Shown piece after piece: positions 1 to 9,244 of a stretch of DNA of 64,000 nt (the first letter of the stretch is position 1; the number at the start of each line of letters is the position of its first letter). The notes under the pieces are model-generated. The model searched no databases, had not been told where the DNA came from, and was given only the letters and a program-made list of their open reading frames with translations. Where the stretch lies: NCBI GenBank assembly GCA_963664825.1, contig OY761614.1, positions 2,912,001 through 2,976,000 of the forward strand. Direction: 5' to 3'. Origin of the DNA: an uncultured Holophaga sp. (GTDB taxonomy: Bacteria; Acidobacteriota; Holophagae; Holophagales; Holophagaceae). The position numbers and the translations under genes are program-made.

Positions 1-145
1 TGAGGATTAGCTCCGAGAGGAGCATCGTCCCCTTGTGGGCCTGGAAGGCCGCCTCGGAGAGCTTCCGTTCCACGTCCCGCACCACGCGTCCCGCCATGGT
101 CTTCAGGTTCTTCAGGACCTTCCTAGCGCGCTTGAACTGCTTGGC
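1..145 (-). pseudogene. IS5-family transposase internal fragment (runs off the window's left edge)
   Basis: Manual minus-strand translation gives AKQFKRARKVLKNLKTMAGRVVRDVERKL..., matching the AKQFKR...GRV.RD..RK motif of IS5-type transposases. No start codon in this frame at the junction. Confidence 0.65.
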
Positions 146-186
146 CTTAGGGTGTCCACGAGACGTTTGGTGATCTTTCCGGCCAT
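146..186 (-). pseudogene. N-terminal stub of a tyrosine integrase (arm-binding domain start)
   Basis: ATG at 186 gives MAGKITKRLVDTLRP, resembling the K(I/L)TKR.VD.L.P start of P4-like integrases. It lies next to a tRNA att fragment and runs into IS5 sequence in another frame. Confidence 0.5.
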
Positions 187-373
187 GGATGCCTCCATGG
201 CCATGATAGCTCGGGTGCCTATTTGGGGAACACCACTGGGTACACCGATTGAATGCTTTTCGAGGGGTAATCCAAGCGGCCTGGTTCGGTTGTAAATATC
301 ATAAGTATTGAAAAATAAAGATAATATGCGGTGTTATGCGACCTGGTTCGGTGTAGTTCGGTGCGATGAAAAA

Positions 374-421
374 AGACTGCAAATCTGCTATTCCTCGGTT
401 CGATTCCGAGCGGCGCCTCCA
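374..421 (+). mobile_element. att site: duplicated 3' part of tRNA-Cys(GCA)
   Basis: AGA-CTGCAAA-TCTGCT...CTCGG-TTCGATT-CCGAG-CGGCGCC-TCCA is the anticodon loop, T-arm, 3' acceptor strand and CCA. The 5' half (D-arm and 5' acceptor strand) is absent. Confidence 0.85.
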
Positions 422-444
422 AAAATCAGTCGCTTCAATAAATT

Positions 445-473
445 AGGCCACTCCTGAGAGTGGCCTTTTGTTT
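445..473 (+). terminator. Rho-independent terminator
   Basis: AGGCCACTC-ctga-GAGTGGCCT followed by TTTGTTT. Confidence 0.75.
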
Positions 474-514
474 GCCCGGAAGGCGGCCCTTCGAGTCGGC
501 GTCTGTGCGGGGTT

Positions 515-1552
515 TCAAGTTCGAGCTGAGAGGTGGTCCAACCGTTCCCTCACATAGTCCAGCAGGTCTTCGGCCCCCAGGACCCGCTGCTCGGCGACCC
601 AGAGGGGGATGCCCAGTTCCAGGCCCGGGGGCAGCTTCACGGCATCCTTCTCCGTGCAGACAAGCCCCTCCGCTCCCAGGGATCGGGCCTCCTGGGCCAG
701 GGCACGCAGGCTGGCTTCGCCGATCACCTGATGATCCCGGAAGCTGCGGTAGCCCACCCAGGAGAGGCCCGCGATGATGAGGTCGGCATAGAAGGCCTCC
801 GGGTGTCCCAGGGCGCAGAAGGCGAACAGAGGGCCTGGATGCCCCCCGGGGAGGGGCCTCTGTTCCCCCTTCGGGAAGGAACGGAGGGCGAGAATGGCGA
901 AGTCCACCCAGAAGACGGGCCCGCCGGAGCCGAAGCGTTCCCACCAGGCGAGGATTTCCGCGCGGGGGGCCCGGCTTCCCCGGGTGACCACCAGGGCGCT
1001 GGCGCGCCGGGCGGATTCCATGGGCTCGCGCAGATCGCCCGCGGGCAGCATCTTCCCATTCCCCCAGCGCCGCACGCCATCCAGGAGCAGCAGATCGAGA
1101 TCCCGTTTGAGGGCTCTGTGCTGGAATCCATCGTCCAGCAGCAGCACCCGGGGCCGTGGTTCCTGGGAGAGGGCACGCAGGCCCGCCGCGACGCGCTTCC
1201 GCCCGACGACCACCCGGCCGGGACCCAGGCGCTGGGCCATCATAAGGGGTTCGTCTCCCGTCAGGGCCGGGTCCGAGTCGGGCCGCACATCCATGGGATC
1301 GAATTCCCGGTGACCGCCATAGCCCCGGGAGAGGATCGCGTTGCTCCAGCCCTGCTCCTGGAGCTTTTCCGCGAGGTGAAGGGTGATGGGCGTCTTCCCG
1401 GTCCCGCCGCTGGAGAGGTTCCCGATGGAAAGGACGGGCATAGGCAACCCGGTGGAGCGCTCCGGATGGAGGTCGAAGGCGCGGTTGCGAGTTCGGACCA
1501 CGGCCCCGTAGAGGGGCGACAGGGGAGCGAGAACCCAGCGGAGGAGGCGCAT
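515..1552 (-). CDS. lpxK: Tetraacyldisaccharide 4'-kinase
   Basis: SIGNLSSGGTGKTP, ILSRGYG, GDEP, LLDDGFQH, LPAGDLRE and CTEKDAVK motifs. Start taken at ATG 1552. Confidence 0.95.
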   Translation of the reverse strand: MRLLRWVLAPLSPLYGAVVRTRNRAFDLHPERSTGLPMPVLSIGNLSSGGTGKTPITLHLAEKLQEQGWSNAILSRGYGGHREFDPMDVRPDSDPALTGDEPLMMAQRLGPGRVVVGRKRVAAGLRALSQEPRPRVLLLDDGFQHRALKRDLDLLLLDGVRRWGNGKMLPAGDLREPMESARRASALVVTRGSRAPRAEILAWWERFGSGGPVFWVDFAILALRSFPKGEQRPLPGGHPGPLFAFCALGHPEAFYADLIIAGLSWVGYRSFRDHQVIGEASLRALAQEARSLGAEGLVCTEKDAVKLPPGLELGIPLWVAEQRVLGAEDLLDYVRERLDHLSART

Positions 1553-1677
1553 CCTCCGAGGATAGCCCGGGGGAGGGAAGCGGTGTTCCCCTTCGGCCGG
1601 GGAAAAGATGCGCCAACGCATCGTTTCCCCCCGCCCCAGAGCAGGGTATCTTAGTGCTTAGATTTGGATTCCCCCCC

Positions 1678-2397
1678 ATGACGGATTCGAGCTTTATCGA
1701 ACAGAGCAAGCTTCGCTTCAACGAGGGCGAAGTGGTGTACCACAAGGGGGAGATGGCTCAGCAGATGTACATCCTCCTCTCGGGCAAGATCCGGCTTTAT
1801 GTGGGGTTCGAACCCGTGGGCGATTGGAGCGAGGAACTCACCAAGGGGGACTTCTTCGGCGAAGGCAGCCTCCTGGAGCCCATTCCCCGTGGCAATACAG
1901 CTGTGGCCCTGGAGGATACGGAACTCATCGCGATCTCCCGGGGCACCTTCCTGCGAATGATCCGGCAGAACCCGGAAGTCTCCGTGAAGATGATGCAGCG
2001 TCTGGCCCAGCGGAACCGGGAGCTGGGGAGCCGGGTGGATGCCGAGGGGGGGCGCCGCGGCCGCTCGGCCCAGACCAATGCCTGCCTGGTGTCGGTGATC
2101 TCCGGTAAGAAGTACGCCATCACCTCCCACGGCGCCCTGGTGGGCCGCTTCGATCCCAATACGGGGATCCACCCCGATATCGATCTCACCGACGAGGACC
2201 CCCAGCTGAGCGTCAGTCGGCGCCATGCTCGGGTCCTCTGCGAACACAGCCGCTACTTCTTGGTCGAAGAACACGGCGTGGCCAATGGCACCTACATCAA
2301 GGGGGACCGCCTGGCCCCGGGTGACGCCCGGGAACTGAAGCCCGGCGATCGCGTGGGTTTCGGCATGGTGGTGCTCTTCTTCGAGAAGCCCAGCTGA
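1678..2397 (+). CDS. Cyclic-nucleotide-binding domain + FHA domain protein
   Basis: N-terminal MYILLSGKI...GDFFGE.SLL..PR..TAVA (CNB domain); C-terminal VGR...VSRRHA...NGTYI (FHA domain). Confidence 0.85.
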   Translation: MTDSSFIEQSKLRFNEGEVVYHKGEMAQQMYILLSGKIRLYVGFEPVGDWSEELTKGDFFGEGSLLEPIPRGNTAVALEDTELIAISRGTFLRMIRQNPEVSVKMMQRLAQRNRELGSRVDAEGGRRGRSAQTNACLVSVISGKKYAITSHGALVGRFDPNTGIHPDIDLTDEDPQLSVSRRHARVLCEHSRYFLVEEHGVANGTYIKGDRLAPGDARELKPGDRVGFGMVVLFFEKPS

Positions 2398-2472
2398 ACG
2401 GCAGATCCGGCCCGCTGGTGCCGGGGGCTGAAAGGCCTAAGCTGGCTCAGAGCAGATTCCAGGGGAGGTGTC

Positions 2473-2700
2473 ATGTCCACGATGCATATCGAGACTTGGC
2501 GGGATGAACATGGTGTCACCTGGGAACTGGTGCAGTTCAGCCTCGACGAGGTGGGCGGCTCCTGCATCATCCGCGAGGGCCTCTCCAGCCTGGACGTGGC
2601 CGATGGCGATGCCCGGGAAGGGGTGGAGATCATCGCCCGTTTCGGTGATCTCGAGGATGCGCGGGACTACCTCTACTCCGAGGGCTTCGAACCCATGTGA
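2473..2700 (+). CDS. Small acidic hypothetical protein
   Basis: 75-aa ORF with GGAGG RBS and host-like codon usage. Confidence 0.65.
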   Translation: MSTMHIETWRDEHGVTWELVQFSLDEVGGSCIIREGLSSLDVADGDAREGVEIIARFGDLEDARDYLYSEGFEPM

Positions 2701-2956
2701 ACCCGGGTCCCGGCGGGCCTACGGGGTGGTCTGAGACGTTCCAGGGGGAGCCTTGGGGCTGGAACCTAGGGGCTCCTTCCGGTGAGGCGGCCCCCTACCG
2801 GAGGTCTACCCAGAACTGCGGCCTCTCCCTGTATTCACCGCAGGTCCGTGTTTCAATGTATTCTAAAAAAGATATCGACATGAGGAAGCCTTTGCCCTAA
2901 AAGCCTTCGGCGCTTTGGCCCTCACCTCTGGGGAGTCTTCGTGAGGATAGGACGCT

Positions 2957-3553
2957 ATGACTGAGTTGCCGGATGAATCCTGTCCCACGCGACGCCAAGG
3001 CTTCGGCACGGCCCAGGTGGTCTTGCTCGCCACCATGGTGGCCCTGGACTTCGCCTTTGGGTGGGTGGCCAAGCCCCTTGTGCACGCCCTGGGTCTGGGC
3101 AGCTTCCTCAAGGTGGAGATGATCCCCCCCGTGATGTTGATGCTGCTCACCCGGCTCACCCTGGACCGCTTCGGCGTGCTGATCGCCTACAACGGAGCCT
3201 GGGCCCTGGCCTGCATGGTGCTGATGCCCGGCGCCGTGCTCCCTGGGCCCCTGAAGCTGGTGCCCCTCCTGCTCCAGGGGTTCTTCCTGGACGCGGTCTT
3301 CAGCGGGTGCCGTCGGTGGGGGGGCGGGAGGGTCGTGGTCGCGGCCATCCTGGGCGGATTGGCGGGAAGCCTCTGCCTGGGAGCCCTCCGGGTCCTCCTG
3401 GGGATGCCCTGGGCCAAGTCCACCCAGGTCTACCTCGGCTTCCAGCTCCTGGGCAGCGTGGTGGTTCACGCGGTGGCGGCCTTGCTCGTGCTGGTGGTCT
3501 GGCGCCGGGTGCGGGAGCATCAGGCCTTGCAATGGATCAGGGTGGAACCTTGA
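2957..3553 (+). CDS. Putative ECF transporter S component (about 6 TM helices)
   Basis: Hydrophobic 198-aa protein directly upstream of, and translationally coupled to, ECF A and T genes. Confidence 0.7.
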   Translation: MTELPDESCPTRRQGFGTAQVVLLATMVALDFAFGWVAKPLVHALGLGSFLKVEMIPPVMLMLLTRLTLDRFGVLIAYNGAWALACMVLMPGAVLPGPLKLVPLLLQGFFLDAVFSGCRRWGGGRVVVAAILGGLAGSLCLGALRVLLGMPWAKSTQVYLGFQLLGSVVVHAVAALLVLVVWRRVREHQALQWIRVEP

Positions 3554-4866
3554 TCGAGGCCGCAGGCCTGCGGTACCAGGCTCAGGGCAGTGGCGCGAGG
3601 CTTCTGAGGGACATCGATCTCAAGGTGGCCCGGGGGGAGCGCATCGGTCTGGTGGGCCCCTCCGGCTCGGGCAAGACCACCCTGGGCTACCACCTCTGCG
3701 GCGTGCATGCCCTGGCCCTGGGGGGACGCTCCTCCGGGAGCCTCCGCCTGGACGGGCAGGAGGCCATTCGGGGCGGTCCCAGGGGCTTCGGTGGCATGGT
3801 GCTCCAGAACCCTGAAACCCAGATATTTTGCCGGAAGGTCGAGGAAGAAGTGGCCCTGGCCCTGCCTTCAGGATCGGGCGAAGCCGAACTCTCAGCGGTC
3901 CTTAGACGGACGGGCCTCCTGTCCCACCGGCGCTCGGAGGTCTCCGCCCTCTCCCTGGGATGGAAGCAGCGGCTCTCCATCGCGGGTATGTTGGCCATGG
4001 CCCCTCGCGTCCTGGTCCTGGACGAGCCCACCAATTTCTTGGATGCCGGGGCCTCCGACGCGCTCTTCCAGCTCCTGGGGGATCTAGGGGCCACGACGGT
4101 GATCGTGGCCGATCACGACGAGGGACGCCTTGTGGGTTGGGCGGATCGGATGCTCCGGGTGGAGGAGGGCGCCCTGGTCCAGGATGTGCCGACGGCGGCA
4201 TACCGCTGTTCACCCCCCCTCGCGCCCAGGACTTCCCTCGCCAGTCCCGGCGGCCTGCTCCTGGAGATGCAGGAACTGGATTTTGCCTACAGGCGCCATC
4301 ATCCGGTGCTGGAGCATTTCTCCCTAGAATTGCGCGAGGGGGAGGCCATCGCCCTCCTGGGGTCCAATGGATCGGGCAAGACCACCCTCCTGCGCCTAGC
4401 CAAGGGACTCCTCAAACCCGCCTCCGGGACCCTGCGCGCCACCTCCGGGGAGCCTCTCATGAAGGCGGTGGGCCTGGTGTTCCAGAACCCCGAGGAGGGC
4501 CTCTTCGCCTCCAGCGTGGAAGCCGAATGCGCCTTCCTGCCCGCCAATCTGGGCCTGGAGCGCCCCCGGGAGAGGGCCCGGGAGATCCTGGAACGCTTCG
4601 GCATGGGCGATATGGCGCAGCGGGCGCCCTTCACCCTGAGCTATGGGGAGAAGCGCCGGGTGAGTCTGGCCTCGGTCCTGAGCGGCGGCGCGCGCATCCT
4701 GTGTCTGGACGAACCCACGGTGGGCCTGGACCGGGGCAACCTGGAAGGCCTGGCCGCCATGCTGCGGGAGCACACGGCCCAGGGCGGGGGTGTGATATTC
4801 GCAACTCACGATCCGGCCTTTGCCGCCGCCGTGGCCACGCGCACCGTGCATCTGGGAGGCGCATGA
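3550..4866 (+). CDS. ECF-type ABC ATPase with two fused nucleotide-binding domains
   Basis: Two Walker A motifs (GPSGSGKTT, GSNGSGKTT), two QNP Q-loops, LSLGWKQR and LSYGEKRR signatures, two LDEPT motifs. TTG start overlaps the upstream TGA. Confidence 0.9.
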   Translation: MIEAAGLRYQAQGSGARLLRDIDLKVARGERIGLVGPSGSGKTTLGYHLCGVHALALGGRSSGSLRLDGQEAIRGGPRGFGGMVLQNPETQIFCRKVEEEVALALPSGSGEAELSAVLRRTGLLSHRRSEVSALSLGWKQRLSIAGMLAMAPRVLVLDEPTNFLDAGASDALFQLLGDLGATTVIVADHDEGRLVGWADRMLRVEEGALVQDVPTAAYRCSPPLAPRTSLASPGGLLLEMQELDFAYRRHHPVLEHFSLELREGEAIALLGSNGSGKTTLLRLAKGLLKPASGTLRATSGEPLMKAVGLVFQNPEEGLFASSVEAECAFLPANLGLERPRERAREILERFGMGDMAQRAPFTLSYGEKRRVSLASVLSGGARILCLDEPTVGLDRGNLEGLAAMLREHTAQGGGVIFATHDPAFAAAVATRTVHLGGA

Positions 4867-5477
4867 AGAGGCGACTCCCCACGGCGGTCCGCATGGTCCT
4901 CTTCCTGTTGGTGAGCCTGGCCCTCTCCCTCGTGCAGAGCCCCTGGCTTCTCTATGGGGGGGCCGCGCTGCTGGTGGCCCTGGCATTCAGACAGAGCATG
5001 TCCAAAAGCATGGTCCGGGCCCTGGCCTGGGTCACCCTCCTGCCCCTGCCTTGGATGGCCCTGCTCTTCATCCTGGCGGGCCGGGAGGCCACGGGCGCAT
5101 GGCTTCCGGGAGTCTGGTGGGGGCTCTTCAAGCTGGCACCCTACGCTACGCGCATCGGTAGCCTGATGCTGGCCAATCTCCTCTTCCTCCAGGCCACGCC
5201 CCTGCCCGAATTGATGGGGGTCCTGGGGCGGCTACCCATTCCCCCTTCCGCGGCCCTCATGATGGCCACCCTCGTTCGCTTCCTGCCCACGTCCCTCCAG
5301 GAGGTCCGCCGGGTGGTGGAGGCCCAGCAGTGCCGGGGCCTGGAGCGGTGGAGGCTCCTGACCCCCTCGGGCCTCCTCTCCCTGGCCGTGCCCCTCTTTC
5401 TGGCCCAGGTCCAGAGAGCCCACGACCTGGCCATCTCTCTGGAAATCCGAGGCTACGCCTCGTCTCAGCGCCCTTGA
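4863..5477 (+). CDS. ECF transporter T component (CbiQ/EcfT family)
   Basis: RFLP...AQQCRG...LEIRG coupling motifs; ATGA overlap with the ATPase gene. Confidence 0.85.
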   Translation: MKRRLPTAVRMVLFLLVSLALSLVQSPWLLYGGAALLVALAFRQSMSKSMVRALAWVTLLPLPWMALLFILAGREATGAWLPGVWWGLFKLAPYATRIGSLMLANLLFLQATPLPELMGVLGRLPIPPSAALMMATLVRFLPTSLQEVRRVVEAQQCRGLERWRLLTPSGLLSLAVPLFLAQVQRAHDLAISLEIRGYASSQRP

Positions 5478-5487
5478 AGGAGTCCCC

Positions 5488-6273
5488 ATGATCCCACCCC
5501 TCTTGGCGGAGGTCCTCTCCACCGTGCCCGACGATGGGCAGGTGGTGGAGGATATCCACGTCTACTCCAACTGGGTGCTCAGCCGGGCCCGCCGCCCGGC
5601 CCTCAGCACCGTATTCCACGGCATGCCCGGGTTGGAGAGCCCCCAGCACTGCCGGACTTGGATGGGCGACCGGTTGAACCTGCCGGCCAAGGCCGTGGCC
5701 GCCGATGCCTTGGGCAGCGGCAGCGCCCTGGAGATGGCCCTGGGCATGTCGCTCCTGGGGGCCACCCTGCCTCTGCCGGAGGATCTCTTCGAGGGCAACG
5801 CCATCGACGTGTGCGCCCACCTGGCCAGGAAGCTGCGGACGGTCTTCATCGGCCACTTCGTGGAAGGGGAACAGTGGCGGGCCGCGGGCTGGCCCGTGGA
5901 TATCGTGGAACTCTTCCCCCGACCCGGGGATATCCCCTGGGAGGAGAGCCACGAGGTGCTGGCCAGGGCCGAGCTCGTGCTCATCACCGGGCTCACCCTC
6001 ATCAACGGCACCTTTCACGAGGTGGTGCGCCGGAGTCCGAAGGCCCTGCGGGCCCTCCTGGGGCCTACGGTGCCCCCCAGCCCGGTCTTTTTCGGCCACG
6101 GCATCCATCTGGCGGGCTCCACCCTCGTGGAGGATCTGGAAGGCACCATCCGCTACTGCCGCCTGGGGGGCGGAGGGATCGCCCAGGCGCCGGGGGGGCT
6201 CTTCCGGAAGGTCAACCTCGCGCATTCGGATTTCAGGAAGGAGGCCGCCCATGTGGCTCGGACGACTGCATGA
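5488..6273 (+). CDS. DUF364 (Rossmann-like, putative metal/cofactor-binding) protein
   Basis: VFIGHF, VELFPRPGD, VLITGLTLINGT and LLGPTVP motifs typical of DUF364. Confidence 0.8.
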   Translation: MIPPLLAEVLSTVPDDGQVVEDIHVYSNWVLSRARRPALSTVFHGMPGLESPQHCRTWMGDRLNLPAKAVAADALGSGSALEMALGMSLLGATLPLPEDLFEGNAIDVCAHLARKLRTVFIGHFVEGEQWRAAGWPVDIVELFPRPGDIPWEESHEVLARAELVLITGLTLINGTFHEVVRRSPKALRALLGPTVPPSPVFFGHGIHLAGSTLVEDLEGTIRYCRLGGGGIAQAPGGLFRKVNLAHSDFRKEAAHVARTTA

Positions 6274-7063
6274 ATGGGCCAGCCAGGGCATGGCCTGCGC
6301 CCTGGTCACCATTGTGGAAGCTGAAGGCAGCACCCCCCGGGGCCCCGGCTCCAAGATGGCCGTGAGCGCCAGCGGCGAGATTGCCGGTTCCGTGGGGGGC
6401 GGCGCCGTGGAGCACCACTGCGTTCAGGCCGCCAAGGAAGTGATGGAATCAGGCCTCCCCAGGCTCCTCCGCTTCGTCATGGACGGCACGGAATGGACTG
6501 TGGAGGGCGATTCGAAGGATTTCGGGGCCTGCGGAGGGGCCGTCTCCGTGTTCATCGAGCCCATCCTGCCTCCGGTGGAGCTGGTGGCCTTCGGGGCGGG
6601 GCACGTGGCGGAGAGCCTGGGCCGCCTCTGCGCCGCCCTCGGCATGCCCTTCCGGGTCTACGACGATCGGCCGGAATTCCCCACGCCGGAGCGATTTCCC
6701 CAGGCCCGGGAGAGGGTCGTCGGATCCTATGAAGAACTTTCCAGGCACATCCACCTGGGTCCGGCCAGCTACTGCGTGATCCTCACCCAGGGCCATGTGC
6801 ACGACGAGACGGTGCTGGAGCAGCTCCTCCGGATCCCATCCCTGCCCTACATCGGCATGATCGGAAGCCCCATCAAGGTCCGCCATTCCTTCGCCCAGGT
6901 AAGGGGGAAGGGCGTCCCGCCGGACGCGCGGGTCTTCAGTCCCGTGGGGCTCGCCCTGGGGGGCGGCCTGCCCGGAGACATCGCCCTCTCCATCCTGGCG
7001 GAGGTGCGGATGCTCCTCTTCGGCGGCCAGGGCCGCCATCTGAGGGTTTCACCCGGGGCCTGA
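6251..7063 (+). CDS. XdhC/CoxI family molybdoenzyme maturation factor
   Basis: GSTPRGPGSKM, GSVGGGAVE, CGG.V.VFIE, FGAGHVA, VYDDRPEF, YIGMIGS and SPVGL motifs. Confidence 0.9.
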   Translation: MWLGRLHEWASQGMACALVTIVEAEGSTPRGPGSKMAVSASGEIAGSVGGGAVEHHCVQAAKEVMESGLPRLLRFVMDGTEWTVEGDSKDFGACGGAVSVFIEPILPPVELVAFGAGHVAESLGRLCAALGMPFRVYDDRPEFPTPERFPQARERVVGSYEELSRHIHLGPASYCVILTQGHVHDETVLEQLLRIPSLPYIGMIGSPIKVRHSFAQVRGKGVPPDARVFSPVGLALGGGLPGDIALSILAEVRMLLFGGQGRHLRVSPGA

Positions 7064-7122
7064 GGCTAGGCCCAGATTCCATTCATTCGAGTCGGCCCGA
7101 TGGACGGGCCCAGGAGGTTTTT

Positions 7123-9153
7123 TTGAAAACGCGTGAGATCTCGAGACTGATGCTGGTCTTGGCGGCCCTGACGGGTCCCTGCCTGAAGGCCGAAGAACCT
7201 TCAAATCCCCCCAAGGCCACCGAAGCGGCTCCCTCCAAGGACGCCAAGCAGAACACCTTCAAGCTGGGGGAGGTGACGGTCCTGGTGACCGATCGCCTGG
7301 AGGCCTCGGAGACCGTGAACCTGCGGATCGACCAAGCGCATCTCCAGGCCTTCGGCCGGAGCACCGTGGCCTCCGCCCTGGACCTGACGCCGGGCGTGAG
7401 CCTCTCCCTCAATTCCCGGAACGAACAGATGCTCTACCTGAGGGGCCTCGATTCCCGGCAGGTGGCCGTCTTCGTGGACGGCGTGCCTGTCTACGTGCCC
7501 TACGACGGCGAGATGGATTACGGGCGCTTCACCACCTTCGACCTAGCCGAAATCCAGGTGGCCAAGGGCTTCAGCTCCATCACCTTCGGTCCCAATACCC
7601 TGGGCGGCGCCATCAATCTGGTGACCCGCAAACCCACCAAGGCTTTCGAAGGGGATCTCTCCCTGGGCGCCTTTTCCGAAAAGGGCCGACAGGCCTCCTT
7701 CAATGCCGGGTCGAGGATGGGGGCCTGGTACCTCCAGGTGGGGGCCAGCACCCTCTCCATGGACGGATGGCGCATGTCTTCGGACTTCAAGCCCAATGCC
7801 CGGGAGGACGGAGATCAGCGGAACAATTCCGACGCCCTGGATCGCCGCTATTCCCTGAAGGTGGGTTTCAACCCCTCCGAGGGGAACGAATACGCGTTGG
7901 CCTGGAGCCGCCAGAAGGGCGAAAAGGGCAATCCCGTGGCCACCGCCCCGGATATCTCCCCCACCTACTGGCGCTGGCCCACCTGGGATAAGGATAGCCT
8001 CTACTTCACCTCTTCCACCGCCCTCGGCGCCCAGAGCGCGCTGAAGTCCCGGATCTACCACGACGAGTACGAGAACACCATCCAGGAGTACACCAATGGC
8101 ACCTTCACGGTGCCCAGCACCACCGGCAAGCTCAAGCCCACGGGCCAGAGCTTCTACCGGGACTTCAGCAATGGCGTGGCCCTGGAATGGGACACGCTGG
8201 CCCTGGAGGGACATCTCATCCGGGCCTCACTCCAGGCCAAGCGGGATGTGCATCGGGAGGATAACGGGCTGGCCACTTCCCGCAAGTTCTACGAGGACGA
8301 CCTGCTCTCGGGGGGCCTGGAGGATACGGTCTCCCTGGGGCGGACCCTGGACCTGGCCCTGGGGCTGGGCTATGACCAGCTCCATCCCGTGGACGCGGGC
8401 ACCTGGCATCTGCCGGATTCCAAGGGCTTCCTCCACGGCCAGGCGGCGTTCTACTGGCAGGTGGATTCCAAGATCCGGCTCCATGTCTCCATCGCCCAGA
8501 AGGACCACTTCCCGACCCTCAAGGATCGCTACTCCCTGCGCCTGGGCTCCTACATCGAGAACCCCGATCTGAAGCCCGAGCGGGCCCTCAACTGGGAGGC
8601 GGGGGCCGAAGTGCGGCCCTTCACCTGGGTGGCCCTGAGCGCCGCCCTCTTCCGCAGCGATATCCGGGATCTCATCCAGGCCCAGTCCGTGGCTGGAACG
8701 ACCTTCATGCAGAACCGCAATATCGGTAAGGTGCGCCATCAGGGCGTGGAGTTCACGGCCGAATTCACGCCCTGCGCTTGGCTCCAGGGGGGCCTGGGCT
8801 ACACCTACCTGGACCGGAAGAACCTGAGCGATCCCACGCTGGTACTCACCTCCACCCCCCGGAACCGGCTCACGGCCCACCTAAAGGTGGAGCCCGTGAC
8901 GGGCCTGCGCTTCCAGACCAAGGTGGAGAGCCAGGACGCCCTCTGGGACACCTACTCCAATCTGTCCAAACTGACCGTGAACACCCGGTTGGGGGGCTAC
9001 ACGACCCTGGCCTTCTCCGCGGGGTGGGATGTCTGCAAGGGCGTCAGCCTGGAGGGAGGCCTCTCCAATCTCCTGGATCGCAATTACCAGCTGACCACCG
9101 GCTACCCCTTGCCGGGACGCACCTGGTTCGCCAATCTCCGCTACCGCTTCTAG
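7123..9153 (+). CDS. TonB-dependent outer-membrane receptor
   Basis: Signal peptide, GEVTV TonB box, plug motifs (LRG, VFVDGVP, GGAINLVT), NPDLKPE, NLLD and terminal Phe. AGGAGG RBS before the TTG start. Confidence 0.92.
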   Translation: MKTREISRLMLVLAALTGPCLKAEEPSNPPKATEAAPSKDAKQNTFKLGEVTVLVTDRLEASETVNLRIDQAHLQAFGRSTVASALDLTPGVSLSLNSRNEQMLYLRGLDSRQVAVFVDGVPVYVPYDGEMDYGRFTTFDLAEIQVAKGFSSITFGPNTLGGAINLVTRKPTKAFEGDLSLGAFSEKGRQASFNAGSRMGAWYLQVGASTLSMDGWRMSSDFKPNAREDGDQRNNSDALDRRYSLKVGFNPSEGNEYALAWSRQKGEKGNPVATAPDISPTYWRWPTWDKDSLYFTSSTALGAQSALKSRIYHDEYENTIQEYTNGTFTVPSTTGKLKPTGQSFYRDFSNGVALEWDTLALEGHLIRASLQAKRDVHREDNGLATSRKFYEDDLLSGGLEDTVSLGRTLDLALGLGYDQLHPVDAGTWHLPDSKGFLHGQAAFYWQVDSKIRLHVSIAQKDHFPTLKDRYSLRLGSYIENPDLKPERALNWEAGAEVRPFTWVALSAALFRSDIRDLIQAQSVAGTTFMQNRNIGKVRHQGVEFTAEFTPCAWLQGGLGYTYLDRKNLSDPTLVLTSTPRNRLTAHLKVEPVTGLRFQTKVESQDALWDTYSNLSKLTVNTRLGGYTTLAFSAGWDVCKGVSLEGGLSNLLDRNYQLTTGYPLPGRTWFANLRYRF

Positions 9154-9178
9154 AGGGCATTGCCAGCTCGCGAGCAAG

Positions 9179-9218
9179 CAACAGGGCAGCCATCCCCTTG
9201 GGTGTGGCTGCCCTGTTG
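9179..9218. terminator. Long hairpin between convergent genes (probable bidirectional terminator)
   Basis: CAACAGGGCAGCCA ... TGGCTGCCCTGTTG, a 14-bp inverted repeat. Confidence 0.6.
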
Positions 9219-9244
9219 GCGCGGGTTCTTGTGGGCAGAGGCTG

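Noticed and set aside
374..421. Complete tRNA-Cys gene
   Set aside because: The 5' acceptor strand and D-arm are missing; treated as an att fragment.
2700..2956. Moco or cobalamin riboswitch upstream of the ECF operon
   Set aside because: Only partial resemblances (CCTAA..GCCTTCGGC; CCGGTG..CCC..AACTG). Core motifs such as GGGAA/B12 box or CCTCCC..GGAAAGGAG are not evident; an Infernal scan is needed.
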